From NCBI GenBank assembly GCA_965206595.1, contig OZ242214.1, positions 5,472,001 through 5,536,000 on the forward strand: a DNA stretch of 64,000 nt, in the 5' to 3' direction. Within the stretch, counting starts at the first letter, position 1, and each line of letters starts with the position of its first letter. Shown here piece after piece: positions 30,361 through 39,823 of the stretch. A program made the translations under genes and the position numbers. The notes below the pieces were generated by a model that searched no databases, was not told where the DNA came from, and saw only the letters and a program-made list of their open reading frames with translations. Source of the DNA: Candidatus Latescibacterota bacterium (GTDB lineage: Bacteria > Latescibacterota > UBA2968 > UBA8231).

Positions 30361-31503
30361 TCAGATGTACCCGGTCGAGCCGTCGGGGCGCACCGGGCAG
30401 GTCCGCTGCCAGTGGATGTACTGGTCGCCGGAGACCGCCTCCTCGTCGACCTCGACTCCGAGTCCCGGGCGGTCCCTCAGTTCCAGATAGCCGTCCTTCG
30501 CCAGGTAGGGCTCGTCGACCCAGTCGTTCCACTCCGAACCCCGGGGATCTATGTACTCGAGGATCATGAAGTTGGCCGAGGCCGCGGCGAAGTGGACGTT
30601 GACCGCGGTTGCCAGCGGCCCCATCGGGTTGTGCGGCGCGACGCTGACGTAGTGCGCCTCGGCGATGGCGGCGATCTTGCGCATTTCGAGGAGCCCGCCG
30701 CAGATGCAGACGTCCGGCTGGATGATGTCGGCCCCCTGGGCGGCGAGCAGGTCGAGGAACTCGAAGCGCCCGTAGAGCGATTCTCCGGTGGCCAGCGGCA
30801 CCCGCATCTGGGCGCGCAGGCGCGCCCACTGGGGTATGTGCTCGGGCCGCAGCGGCTCCTCGTAGAAGAACGGGTCGTACGGGGCCAGGGCGTCGGCGAG
30901 CTGCAGGGCGCGGATCGGCTCGAAGATCTTGGCGTGTGGATCGAAGGCGAACTCGAAGCCGTCCGGGGTGTTGAGGCGCAGCTCCTCGAAGAACTTCGCC
31001 GCCTCGGAGCAGACGCGGCCCCAGCGGTCGGCGTCCGGGTCCAGGCGGTAGGGGCTGAGCTTGAAGGCGGTGAAGCCCCCCTCCTCGTGATGCCGCAGCG
31101 CCTGCTCGGCGGCCTCCTTGCCGCTGGCGCCGCCGATGCCGTGGTAGACCCGCACGCGGTCGCGCACGGCGCCGCCGAGAAGCATGTATACCGGCAGGCC
31201 CGCGGCCTTGCCGCTGATGTCCCACAGGGCGTGGTCGAGAGCGGAGATCGCCGGGTAGCCGACGCCTCCCGGGGGAAAGCGGAACTGCTGGTGCAGCTTC
31301 ATCATGATGTACTCGACGCGCCGCGGGTCCTCTCCCTCGATCATCTCGAACAGGTAGTCGGCCACCGGCTCGACGGAGAGGTCGGGGCCGGTCGAATACG
31401 CCTCCCCCCAGCCGTGCAGGCCCTCGTCGGTCTCGACCTTGAGCAGGGCCCGCGGACGGTTGCCGAAGCGGGCGATGAACGTCCTGATGGCAGTGATCTT
31501 CAC
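30361..31503 (-). CDS. Mandelate racemase/muconate lactonizing (galactonate dehydratase-like) enolase-superfamily enzyme
   Basis: KVETDEGLHGWGE, ALWDISGK, FDPHAK, YEEP, ATGE and APHNPMGP. Confidence 0.92.
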   Translation of the reverse strand: MKITAIRTFIARFGNRPRALLKVETDEGLHGWGEAYSTGPDLSVEPVADYLFEMIEGEDPRRVEYIMMKLHQQFRFPPGGVGYPAISALDHALWDISGKAAGLPVYMLLGGAVRDRVRVYHGIGGASGKEAAEQALRHHEEGGFTAFKLSPYRLDPDADRWGRVCSEAAKFFEELRLNTPDGFEFAFDPHAKIFEPIRALQLADALAPYDPFFYEEPLRPEHIPQWARLRAQMRVPLATGESLYGRFEFLDLLAAQGADIIQPDVCICGGLLEMRKIAAIAEAHYVSVAPHNPMGPLATAVNVHFAAASANFMILEYIDPRGSEWNDWVDEPYLAKDGYLELRDRPGLGVEVDEEAVSGDQYIHWQRTCPVRPDGSTGYI

Positions 31504-31516
31504 CTTCGTGGCTCCT

Positions 31517-32884
31517 TCAGAAAAACACCGGGTAGGGTCCGCCCCCGGCTTCGCGCCGGATCAGCAGCGCCAGCTCGAGGAGGTGGTAGTCCCCCCACAT
31601 CGAGGACTCGCCGCAGGGGATGAGCCGGCCCGGAGGGACGTGGTCCCAGCCGTTGGGCCGGTGGTAGATCGAGTGCAGCAGCAGCCCCTGGTGGGACGGG
31701 TCCGCAGACAGGTACGGTTCCGACAGCAGGGCGGCGGCTATGGTGAAGGCGGCGCCGCGGTAGCGGCCCCAGCGCTCCTGGTCTCCCCGGGACAGGCAGT
31801 AGTTCCCCAGGCGCAGGTACCCCTGCGCGCAGATCGCCGCCGCGGAGCTGTCGAGCGGCTCGACGTCGTTGTGGGGATCCGACGGCTGTTCGGCGATGTC
31901 GCCGAATTCCGCCACTCCCGGGGCGCCGGTATCCCAGAAGGGAACGCCGTCGGCGAAGCTGTTGCGGACGTGGAACTCCGCGGTCGCCAGGGCTGCCCGC
32001 TCGATGGCGGCCACCACCTCCCGCCCGCCGAAGGGCCCCAGGGCGGGGGCAGGCAGCGTCTCGAAGTACTCGAGGAGCTCGGCGCAGCCGCACAGGATCC
32101 AGGCGAGGCCGCGGGTCCAGGTGGAGAACGGGGAATACCCCTGCTGCGTGCTGGGGCAGCGGTAGTTGCCGTCGCGGGTGTTGAAGATCGACTCGTGGGC
32201 GACGCGGCCGTCGACGTCGAAGGCGTCGCGCCCCTCGCCGTAGTAGACGTTGAATTCGCAGGTGGTGAGGGCGTGGTCGACGGCGCGCCCGAGAAGGCCG
32301 ATGCGCCGGTCTCCCTCGCCCATCAGCACGTGGCCGAGGCGGTCGGCGAGGCAGAGGATGCGCAGCGAGCGCATGGTGTCGGAGAACAGCGAGTGCGGCC
32401 CGTTGAAGGAGTGGATGAACCCCCTGCCTGCGGCCGTCTCCGTCCAGCGCGCCGCCTGCACCGCCCCGGAAAGCTTGACGGCGAGCTCGTAGAGAGAAAG
32501 CTCGCTCCGGTCCATCGCCAGGCGTCCCTCGAGCATCAGGCGCCGCAGGTTGCCGTAGGTCGACAGGTTGTTGAAGCCGTGGTCGTGGACGCCGACGTGG
32601 GAGACGTGCGGCGCCATCCTGGCGATGGTGGCGCCGCGGCCGATGTCGAGAAACTCCTCCTCGCCGGTCATGTCGTACTGGAGGATGGCGCATCCGTAAT
32701 GGAAGCCCTGGGTCCACTCCGTCCAGCCGCGCGTCGTGTAGCGGCCCTCCTGTGTGAAGACCGGGGTGCCGCGGCCGGCGTCCCAGGTGCGGTCGAGGTC
32801 GCGGATCTTGGCGGCCGCCAGATTGAGCAGCCGGTCGGTGGCCGGCAGCAGGGCGGAGGGGGTCCGGGTGGGGTCGATTTTCAT
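31517..32884 (-). CDS. GH88-like unsaturated glucuronyl hydrolase
   Basis: WTEWTQGF, HDHGF, QGYSPFSTWTRGLAW, DSSAAAI and WGDYHLLE. Confidence 0.88.
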   Translation of the reverse strand: MKIDPTRTPSALLPATDRLLNLAAAKIRDLDRTWDAGRGTPVFTQEGRYTTRGWTEWTQGFHYGCAILQYDMTGEEEFLDIGRGATIARMAPHVSHVGVHDHGFNNLSTYGNLRRLMLEGRLAMDRSELSLYELAVKLSGAVQAARWTETAAGRGFIHSFNGPHSLFSDTMRSLRILCLADRLGHVLMGEGDRRIGLLGRAVDHALTTCEFNVYYGEGRDAFDVDGRVAHESIFNTRDGNYRCPSTQQGYSPFSTWTRGLAWILCGCAELLEYFETLPAPALGPFGGREVVAAIERAALATAEFHVRNSFADGVPFWDTGAPGVAEFGDIAEQPSDPHNDVEPLDSSAAAICAQGYLRLGNYCLSRGDQERWGRYRGAAFTIAAALLSEPYLSADPSHQGLLLHSIYHRPNGWDHVPPGRLIPCGESSMWGDYHLLELALLIRREAGGGPYPVFF

Positions 32885-33002
32885 TTGTTACGGGGAACCG
32901 TTCGGGAAAGGAACGAACAATGGTAGGTACAGCCCGCTGGAACAGTCCACTCCGATTCCGGATCGAAGCAGGCATCCAACCGGGAGCGGTGGCGGCGTGC
33001 GT

Positions 33003-34322
33003 TCACCCTTCCTGCGGTGGGCGCAGAATGCGTTTCAGCTCGCCCCTAATGTGCCGCTGAACCGTTCTGACGAACCTTTCGGTGCTGATTCCCTGGCGCC
33101 GGGTTTCCAGGCCGAAGGGTCCGAAACCGAACAGGACTTTGTCGGCTGCGTGCTGCTCCGGGTCGTCGAAATAGCGAGGCGCGGTTCCGCGCAGGGCAGC
33201 CGGAAGATCATCTCCTTCCGTGCGGTACACGATCGGATTGGCCAGGATCGCAAGAGGGCGATCGCCAGCCAGCCTCGTCGGATTTCGGGGCATCGGTTCG
33301 TCCCCCATCTGCACGACCTCCTTCGATTCCGGCGCCCAGGACGCGATCCGGTAGGTTGGGCCGGGAGTGACCCATTCCTCGATGAATTCCCGGGCCGCGG
33401 CATATTCGTGCCACTTCTTCAAAGCCAGCAGGTAACTCTCCGGAAATCCCGTTTCCTCCCGGGATTCGTCGGCTCTGCCTCGGAGGCGCAGATCGTTGAA
33501 GACCACGAACCAGTGGGCGAAAGCCCGCAACCCCCTGGAGAGGGGAATCACGTCATCCCGGGCCGGGGCGTGGCACCCGTCGACGACCACTATGTGAGGC
33601 ATTTCACGACTGAGCCCGGCGACCGTCGTTTTCGGAAGCGGAGAGGGGACGCTCATACGCGTCGATGTCCCGGAGCGCACGCGGTGATACTCTATGGAGA
33701 ACCCGTCCTGAAGGTATTCCTCGAGCGGTTCGACAAACCACTGGCGCCCGAACCGATCGTTGCCGATCACCAGTATTTCGCGGGAGGTTCGAGCCCTGAA
33801 ATCCTGCAGAAAATCCAGGAAACCGGCGGCCTCGAAGGCAGCGCGCCCGACTTCCACACGCTGGCGTTCGTCCAGACGACACTCCTCTTCCACCTGATCC
33901 GAAAGCTCTCCGAGCTCGTTGAAAATCCGGTAGATCTCCATGGTGGAGAGCGGGGCGGGATAACGGCCCTGCAGCTCGTAGGTGAGGGGTTCGACAACCC
34001 GGGTGTACTCGTATTCGAAGCGACGGAATTCGAGGTCTCTTTGCAAGGTATCGCTCAGCTCGAAACGTCCGTTGCGGGTCTCGTCGCGCAGGTGGCTCAA
34101 GTGATCGAGCAGGGGTTCGAAATCGGATTTCCGGGAGAGATACCGGGTCAGTGCCGGGGTGAGAACGGTTCCGTCGTGGTTGGTTTTGTGGTATCGACCG
34201 ATCCACTCTTCCAGTGTGTCGAAGCGACGGGCAACCTCGTCCCGCTGGTAGTGGGCGCAGAGCTGCTCGAGGTGCGCGCTCGCGAGTTCGTCATCCACGT
34301 ATCTGGTGAGATTACCCTGCAT
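33003..34322 (-). CDS. Hypothetical protein (439 aa)
   Basis: Long ORF with natural amino-acid composition and a strong AGGAGG RBS before ATG 34322; no family recognised. Confidence 0.75.
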   Translation of the reverse strand: MQGNLTRYVDDELASAHLEQLCAHYQRDEVARRFDTLEEWIGRYHKTNHDGTVLTPALTRYLSRKSDFEPLLDHLSHLRDETRNGRFELSDTLQRDLEFRRFEYEYTRVVEPLTYELQGRYPAPLSTMEIYRIFNELGELSDQVEEECRLDERQRVEVGRAAFEAAGFLDFLQDFRARTSREILVIGNDRFGRQWFVEPLEEYLQDGFSIEYHRVRSGTSTRMSVPSPLPKTTVAGLSREMPHIVVVDGCHAPARDDVIPLSRGLRAFAHWFVVFNDLRLRGRADESREETGFPESYLLALKKWHEYAAAREFIEEWVTPGPTYRIASWAPESKEVVQMGDEPMPRNPTRLAGDRPLAILANPIVYRTEGDDLPAALRGTAPRYFDDPEQHAADKVLFGFGPFGLETRRQGISTERFVRTVQRHIRGELKRILRPPQEG

Positions 34323-34399
34323 CGGTGCTTCCTCCTGATAGTAAAATCAGGAAGACGGTCCGCGCTGGAAAAGCCGTTTCAGGTGCGGCGCATCGGTTC

Positions 34400-34748
34400 C
34401 GGAGAACGGCACAGCGCCGGACGCCGGCAAAGGGTGCACGGCAAAGGCCCTGATCGCGGGTTTGATCGGTGCGGTCTGCCTCGGTCTCGGGTCGACCTAC
34501 AACGACATGGTCATCCGGGGCACCTTTCTCGCCACCTGGAACCTGACGCAGGCGGCCACCTTCCTCTTCTTCGTGCTGGTCGCCGGCGTCAATGTCATCC
34601 TGCGGCTGATCCATCCCAGGCTGGTCCTCGAGCGGGGCGAACTGGCCGTTGCCTACTTCCTCATACTGATGCCAACACCCTGACCGGCCGCGCCTTCTCG
34701 GCCATGGTCCTGCCGGTGATCACGGGGGCGTATTACTACGACACACCC
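34400..34748 (+). pseudogene. N-terminal fragment of a DUF6785-like multi-pass membrane protein, frameshifted and truncated
   Basis: YNDMVIRGT..FLFFVLVAGVNVILRLIHPRLVLERGELAVAY, then a frameshift near 34670 into ANTLTGRAFSAMVLPVITGAYYYDTP, where similarity stops. The 5' boundary is approximate. Confidence 0.6.
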
Positions 34749-35016
34749 AGCGCACGCCATCCTCGGACAGGGCGTAGCACATGCACGATTTGTCATCCGG
34801 TCCGTAACAGGCGCCGCCCTGGTACCACGCCCTGAGCAGCCCCTCGCCTTCATCGAAAATCACGATTCCGGTATCAACGAAGGCGGCGTCCCGTTCCCAC
34901 GGACGGTCGGCGTGAATCACCGGATTGCCCGCGTGTGGCTCTGCCTGCTGAAACCGGCGGGTCAGGCCGTTCATTTCAGCGATGAAGCGATCGTCGATGA
35001 ACAGCTCCTTGCGCAT
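34743..35016 (-). pseudogene. N-terminal fragment of a beta-propeller glycosidase-like protein
   Basis: MRKELFIDDRFI...NPVIHADRPWE...RAWY...CYALSEDGVRW is the usual start of a much longer protein and ends after about 90 aa. Confidence 0.65.
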
Positions 35017-35154
35017 GACCTTTCCTTCCACCGCATTGAATGGAACCACTCCGGCCCCGAAGGACTCACGCCTCCAAGGCGGTCTTCACTCAGTGTACTT
35101 CAATGTGAGCTGCCCGAGGTCGGTCAGGCCAGCCGCGCCGTGCCCGGACACTTG

Positions 35155-35380
35155 GCCTCTCCCCGTTGGAATCGAGCTGGGCGCGGAGATGGAGGTGTTC
35201 TCGCCGAACGGTGGTTGCCGTTCCCCCCCGGTTCACGGTCGGGGCCGCCGCTGCCACTGCGGCCAACTCACCATCCTGCGTTCGAAATCGTCCGGGGCGC
35301 TGAACGGCAGATCATACAGATGCACGGCGTACGGCGCGAAGGAATCTTCGATGACTCCGTCGGCAACGTCGACGAGCCGG
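35155..35380. repeat. Diverged 226-bp direct repeat, copy 1 (copy 2 at 42468-42693)
   Basis: Aligned by eye. Shared blocks include GGCCGCCGCTGCCA, GCGTTCGAAATC, ACAGATGCACGGCGTACGG and TCTTCGATGACTCCGTC. Confidence 0.85.
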
Positions 35381-36492
35381 TACTCGGAACGGACCGCTGC
35401 CCGCGTCGCGATGCCTTCCACGGGAATCCGGATGCGGGCTTTTACCGGCGAGTCGAACCCGTTGACGGCGATCAGCAGGTACCCGCGCTCGGCCTTGCGC
35501 AGCGACAGGTGCAACGCCGTGTAGCCGAAGTGGGAGGGTTCAGCGGACCCTTCGACGATCTCCGCCGCGACGGAAACCGGCTCTTCCCCGGCGACGAGAT
35601 AGGGCGCCAGACCGCGCAGTTCGGCCGTCAGGTCGAGAAACTGCGCATAGTAGGCCGGCTCCGACTCCCGCGGCCACCAATCGAGGGCGTGGTAGGCGAA
35701 ATGGAGGACGCCGACGATGCCGTGGGCGATGGACAGGTAGGTCATGCAGCGGACCTCTTCCATGTTCGGAGCGCGCTCCTGGTCCGCGCTCTGCATCGAC
35801 ATCTGTATGTACATCCAGCCGGGCTTGCCCGCGGCGCCGTTTACGACTGCCTCGGAATTTTGCGCGACGTGGGTCAGGGGATAGTCGGGAACCGGGTAGA
35901 CGTCGTCGGAGTGGATGTCCGCCACATCCCGGTATTCCCGGTGGTCCTTTTCGTACCCGTAGGCCAGGTTGAGCCAGACCGGGTGATCGGGATCGAGCCG
36001 TTTGATCAGATCGTACACCGGCTTGAAGTCTTCCGGGGGCATCTTGTAGGGGAGGTCGAGGTGGGGCGTTCCCTCCGGTCCGGCGGTGCGGATGTTGGGC
36101 TCGTCCTCCAGCTCCCAGACCAGCAGACCGGGGGCGTCGCGGCAGGCCAGGACGATCTGCTCGGTCGTCTCGAGATCTTTCCAGATTCCATTGCTGAGTG
36201 AAGCCAGCGAGTACAGGCCGTTGGCCCAGGCGTCGTCGATGTCCATGCGGAAGGACTGCGGGTTTTCTCTCAGGCCGTGGGTGACGACGGCGTTGAAACC
36301 CATCTCCGCGGCCTCGGGCAGCGAAAAGTGGTTGTGGGCGACGTGGCTCGTGCCGACCAGGAAGAACGGCTCCCCGTTCACGTATACATTGCCGTCGCGG
36401 ACTGCGACTCTTTCCACCGGCGGAGGTTGTTTCGCCCACGAAGGCATGCCGCTAAGAATCACGGCGCACAGGATGGCGTGCACTGGTCTCAT
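35233..36492 (-). CDS. Secreted glycoside hydrolase-like TIM-barrel protein
   Basis: Signal peptide MRPVHAILCAVIL..SWA; VNGEPFF, MGFNAV, LLVWELEDEP, DIHSDDVYP and EVRCMTYLSIAHG. Confidence 0.75.
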   Translation of the reverse strand: MRPVHAILCAVILSGMPSWAKQPPPVERVAVRDGNVYVNGEPFFLVGTSHVAHNHFSLPEAAEMGFNAVVTHGLRENPQSFRMDIDDAWANGLYSLASLSNGIWKDLETTEQIVLACRDAPGLLVWELEDEPNIRTAGPEGTPHLDLPYKMPPEDFKPVYDLIKRLDPDHPVWLNLAYGYEKDHREYRDVADIHSDDVYPVPDYPLTHVAQNSEAVVNGAAGKPGWMYIQMSMQSADQERAPNMEEVRCMTYLSIAHGIVGVLHFAYHALDWWPRESEPAYYAQFLDLTAELRGLAPYLVAGEEPVSVAAEIVEGSAEPSHFGYTALHLSLRKAERGYLLIAVNGFDSPVKARIRIPVEGIATRAAVRSEYRLVDVADGVIEDSFAPYAVHLYDLPFSAPDDFERRMVSWPQWQRRPRP

Positions 36493-36561
36493 ATGGTTCC
36501 CCTGCGGAATACTGAACGACACCGGGCGTTCGGCCGCGGTACCATCCGCACGTACGAGCCG

Positions 36562-37542
36562 TCATTGGTCGGAAGCAGCCGAGGTGGCGCTCGCGATGCG
36601 CCAGCGTCCCTCGAGATCACAGGCTTCATAGAACATGCGGAAGCGGCCGTCGGCAAGGTCGATCACACATGGCTCCGAAGCCTTGGCGGCGTCCCAGCGC
36701 CCGCCGTTGTCGAGGCAGATACCGGGGTCTTTCCGCCAGTGCAGCCCGTCGTCGGAGAGGGCGCTGAAGATTCTGCCGTGGAATTTCGATCCTGCCGGTA
36801 CTTCTGGGGCGGACACCCAGCCGGCATAATACATCCGGTAGCCGCCAGTGCCCAGGTGCAGGACTTCGGGTGCGTAGACCTCGTATGCTTCCAGCTTTTT
36901 CTCCCGGGCAATGCGAAACCCAGGCTCCATTTCGAAATGCAGGCCGTCGTCGGACACGGCGCTGACGATATGGTGATCGCCGAAATCGCTGGCGTAGAGG
37001 CGGTACCGGGGGCCGTCTGCGCCCGGACCCGGGTCGAGATACAGGCACCGCGGGGCCCCGTAGGAGCCGATGCCGGCCCCCAGCCGAACGCCCGCTTCCT
37101 TTTCCCAGACGAGACCGTCAGGCGACACGGCGCTGACGATGGCGCTCCTGACTTCTCCTCCGCCGGCCTCCTCGGTCTTGCCCTCGTAATACATCCTGTA
37201 GCTGCCATCCTCCAGGGGAATCACGTCGGGGCTCCAGATGTAATGCTCTGCTCCCTCCCCCCCTGCATCCATCCTGACCCCGGGCTCCTTCTCCCATTGT
37301 TGGGCGTCTCTGGAAAAGGCACTGAGGACATACCCCTTCGATTCGGCGTTCGGACGCTGCGGCCCGAAGCCGTGGTAGTACATCCGGTAGCCGTTTTCCA
37401 TCCTGACCACGTTCGGCGTGAGAGTCCGGACTGAATCCAGAGGGCCGTCGGAATCGATGGCGATGCCGGGATCCTTGATCCACCCGGCCCCGGGATCCAC
37501 TTCCTGGTAATGGACTGATTTTACCGCGGTATCGATTTCCAT
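36562..37542 (-). CDS. Five-bladed beta-propeller protein (GH32/GH43/GH130-like)
   Basis: Repeated P.V...G.YRMYY.G...SA.S.DG..W.K..G blades. Confidence 0.8.
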   Translation of the reverse strand: MEIDTAVKSVHYQEVDPGAGWIKDPGIAIDSDGPLDSVRTLTPNVVRMENGYRMYYHGFGPQRPNAESKGYVLSAFSRDAQQWEKEPGVRMDAGGEGAEHYIWSPDVIPLEDGSYRMYYEGKTEEAGGGEVRSAIVSAVSPDGLVWEKEAGVRLGAGIGSYGAPRCLYLDPGPGADGPRYRLYASDFGDHHIVSAVSDDGLHFEMEPGFRIAREKKLEAYEVYAPEVLHLGTGGYRMYYAGWVSAPEVPAGSKFHGRIFSALSDDGLHWRKDPGICLDNGGRWDAAKASEPCVIDLADGRFRMFYEACDLEGRWRIASATSAASDQ

Positions 37543-37672
37543 CGCCGTCCTTTCAAATCAGGGAGCAGCCCTGCCCGGGCATTCACTGCAAGCCGCCGTG
37601 GAGTTAAAGAAAACCGTATCCCGCCAGGATCGCGAAGTCAGGGGAATCGTTTCGGGAGGGGGGCCGCAGGGC

Positions 37673-39652
37673 TCAGGCCAGCGAGGTCCGCACTACGTGC
37701 GCTCCTTCGTTGATGGCATCGAAGAAGTTGCGCACCTGCACACAGTCTCCCGCCATCAACAACTCGCATCCCAGGCCGGCTTCCTCGATGGCGCGCTTGA
37801 GTTCCCGGCGCGGCCGGTAGCCTCTGCTGACGATCAGCTTGTCGACGGGGTGGGCCTGCTCGCGGCCATCGGCCCCTTCGAGGATTGCGGTACCGTCTTC
37901 GACGGCCGTGAGCTCGCTCGAAGCCAGCACCCTTACTCCGGATTCCCGCGTGCCCTTGATCAGCAGGGCGAGGTTGGTTCCGTGTTCCTCCAGGTTGCCG
38001 ACTTCGTTTTCGCTGCGGCGGGAAACCATGGTGACGGATCTGCCCTGGGCAGCGGCGTGCCAGGCCGTTTCGTATCCGACCAGGCCGGCGCCGAGCACCA
38101 TGACCCGTTCCCCGATGTCGAGCTCATCCCAGCGCACGAGCGCGTCGATCGCCGTCACCACACAGTCGTCGTCGATGCCAGGCACATCGGGAAGGATTGC
38201 CTCTCCCCCCGTAGCCAGGACCACGGCATCGGCGCCCTCTTCCCCTAGGGTATCGACGGTCACCTCGGCGCCGAGCCGTACATCGAGTCCCGTCCTTTCC
38301 ACCTCGACTTCGTAATACTCGAGCAGTCGCTTGATGTCCCACTTGAACTCCGGTATCGATGCGGAGATCATCTCGCCCCCGAGAACATCGCGTCTCTCGA
38401 AAACGACCACGTCGTGACCCATCTCCCTGGCGCGCAGACCTGCCTCGAGCCCGGTCGGACCCGCTCCGACGACCACGACCCTCCTGGCGCGAGCCGCCTT
38501 TTCGAAGGAGACGGTATTCTCGCGGCCGACCATGGGATTGGTAGTGCACTGGATTCCCCCGCGGTCCATCACGACGAAGGTGTGGCAGAAGTTGCAGCGG
38601 ATGCAGGGAGCGATGTTCTCGCCGAGCCGCGCCTTTCTCGCCCAGTGCCCGTCGGCTATGAGGGTGCGCCCCAGGGCGACCATGTCGGCATGGCCCTCGG
38701 CGATGATCTGCTCCGCATCGACGGGATCGGTGATGCCGCCCGTGGCGATCACCGGCACCCGGGCACCGCTGTTCTTCACCTCGGCGGCGAGGTCGACGAG
38801 CGTGTTCGGCTTTATGTAGAGCGGCGGGACCGAGGGGTGGGTGCACTCGACGAACCCCTTCACTTTCATGATCGTCGACGACGTGGTGGCCACGTGCAGG
38901 TAGGCGACCCCGATATCCTCCATGTACTTCGCTACCTGCAGGTGGTCGTCGTCCGTTTCGCCGACGTCGTAGCGATCGTTGACCCCACCGTGCAGATGCT
39001 CGTGGGCGCTGAACTTGAAGCCGATGGGGAAGCCGTCGCCGCAGACTTGGCGGATTCCGGCGATGACGTCGGTAGAGAACTTCATCCGCCGCTGGAAATC
39101 GCCGCCGTACTCGTCGTCGCGGCGATTGGTGTGGGGCGAGATGAACTGGCCGCCGAGGTAGGAGTGCGCGCAGTGGTACTCGACCCCGTCGAAACCGGCC
39201 CTCTGCGCCCGCTCCGCCCCGCGCACGAAGCATTCGACCATTTGTTCGATCTCGGAGACCGTCATCTCCCGCGGCACCTGCTCGTACAGCTCGCTTTCGA
39301 CCGCTGACGGTGCGAACGGCTCCACGTAGGACTTCCCCCCGAGGGCGGCTATCTGCATGAAGACCGGAGCCCCGGCCGCGTGCACGGCTTCGGAAATACG
39401 CGAGAGGCCGGGTATGAACCTGTCGTCCCAGACAGAGGTGGTGATCACCCTCTTTTCCGGCACCACCGAGGTGAACTCGGTGATCAGCAGCCCCGTCTCT
39501 CCCCGGGCCCTGTCCACCAGAAAGTCGATGTAGCGATCGGTCACCTCGCCATTCGGGCCGTGCAGCCCGACGTCGAGCGGGGCCAGAACCACGCGGTTCT
39601 TCACCTCCAGCGAGCCGACCCGGATGGGCGTGAACAGATGATGCAGAGCCAT
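37673..39652 (-). CDS. NADH:flavin oxidoreductase (Old Yellow Enzyme / 2,4-dienoyl-CoA reductase-like, Fe-S)
   Basis: KNRVVLAP, GFDGVEYHCAHSYL, NRRDDEYGG, CIRCNFC and VVVVGAGPTG. Confidence 0.92.
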   Translation of the reverse strand: MALHHLFTPIRVGSLEVKNRVVLAPLDVGLHGPNGEVTDRYIDFLVDRARGETGLLITEFTSVVPEKRVITTSVWDDRFIPGLSRISEAVHAAGAPVFMQIAALGGKSYVEPFAPSAVESELYEQVPREMTVSEIEQMVECFVRGAERAQRAGFDGVEYHCAHSYLGGQFISPHTNRRDDEYGGDFQRRMKFSTDVIAGIRQVCGDGFPIGFKFSAHEHLHGGVNDRYDVGETDDDHLQVAKYMEDIGVAYLHVATTSSTIMKVKGFVECTHPSVPPLYIKPNTLVDLAAEVKNSGARVPVIATGGITDPVDAEQIIAEGHADMVALGRTLIADGHWARKARLGENIAPCIRCNFCHTFVVMDRGGIQCTTNPMVGRENTVSFEKAARARRVVVVGAGPTGLEAGLRAREMGHDVVVFERRDVLGGEMISASIPEFKWDIKRLLEYYEVEVERTGLDVRLGAEVTVDTLGEEGADAVVLATGGEAILPDVPGIDDDCVVTAIDALVRWDELDIGERVMVLGAGLVGYETAWHAAAQGRSVTMVSRRSENEVGNLEEHGTNLALLIKGTRESGVRVLASSELTAVEDGTAILEGADGREQAHPVDKLIVSRGYRPRRELKRAIEEAGLGCELLMAGDCVQVRNFFDAINEGAHVVRTSLA

Positions 39653-39679
39653 GCCTGATTCCCCTCGGGCGAACCCGTT

Positions 39680-39823
39680 TTAACCGACGAGTTCCACGTC
39701 GTCGTCCCCGGCAGGGACGATCTCTTCGGTCGGTCTGTCGGTTTCCGTGCGCCACACGAGTCGGATCACCCAGATCGCCAGCAACATTTCAGCGAGAATG
39801 GTGAGCCATGCCAGTGCCGTCAT
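39680..39823 (-). CDS. Small single-TM protein (47 aa) coupled to the permease
   Basis: ATGA overlap with the permease stop and a GGAGG RBS; MTALAWLTILAEMLLAIWVIRLVWR followed by an acidic tail. Confidence 0.65.
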   Translation of the reverse strand: MTALAWLTILAEMLLAIWVIRLVWRTETDRPTEEIVPAGDDDVELVG

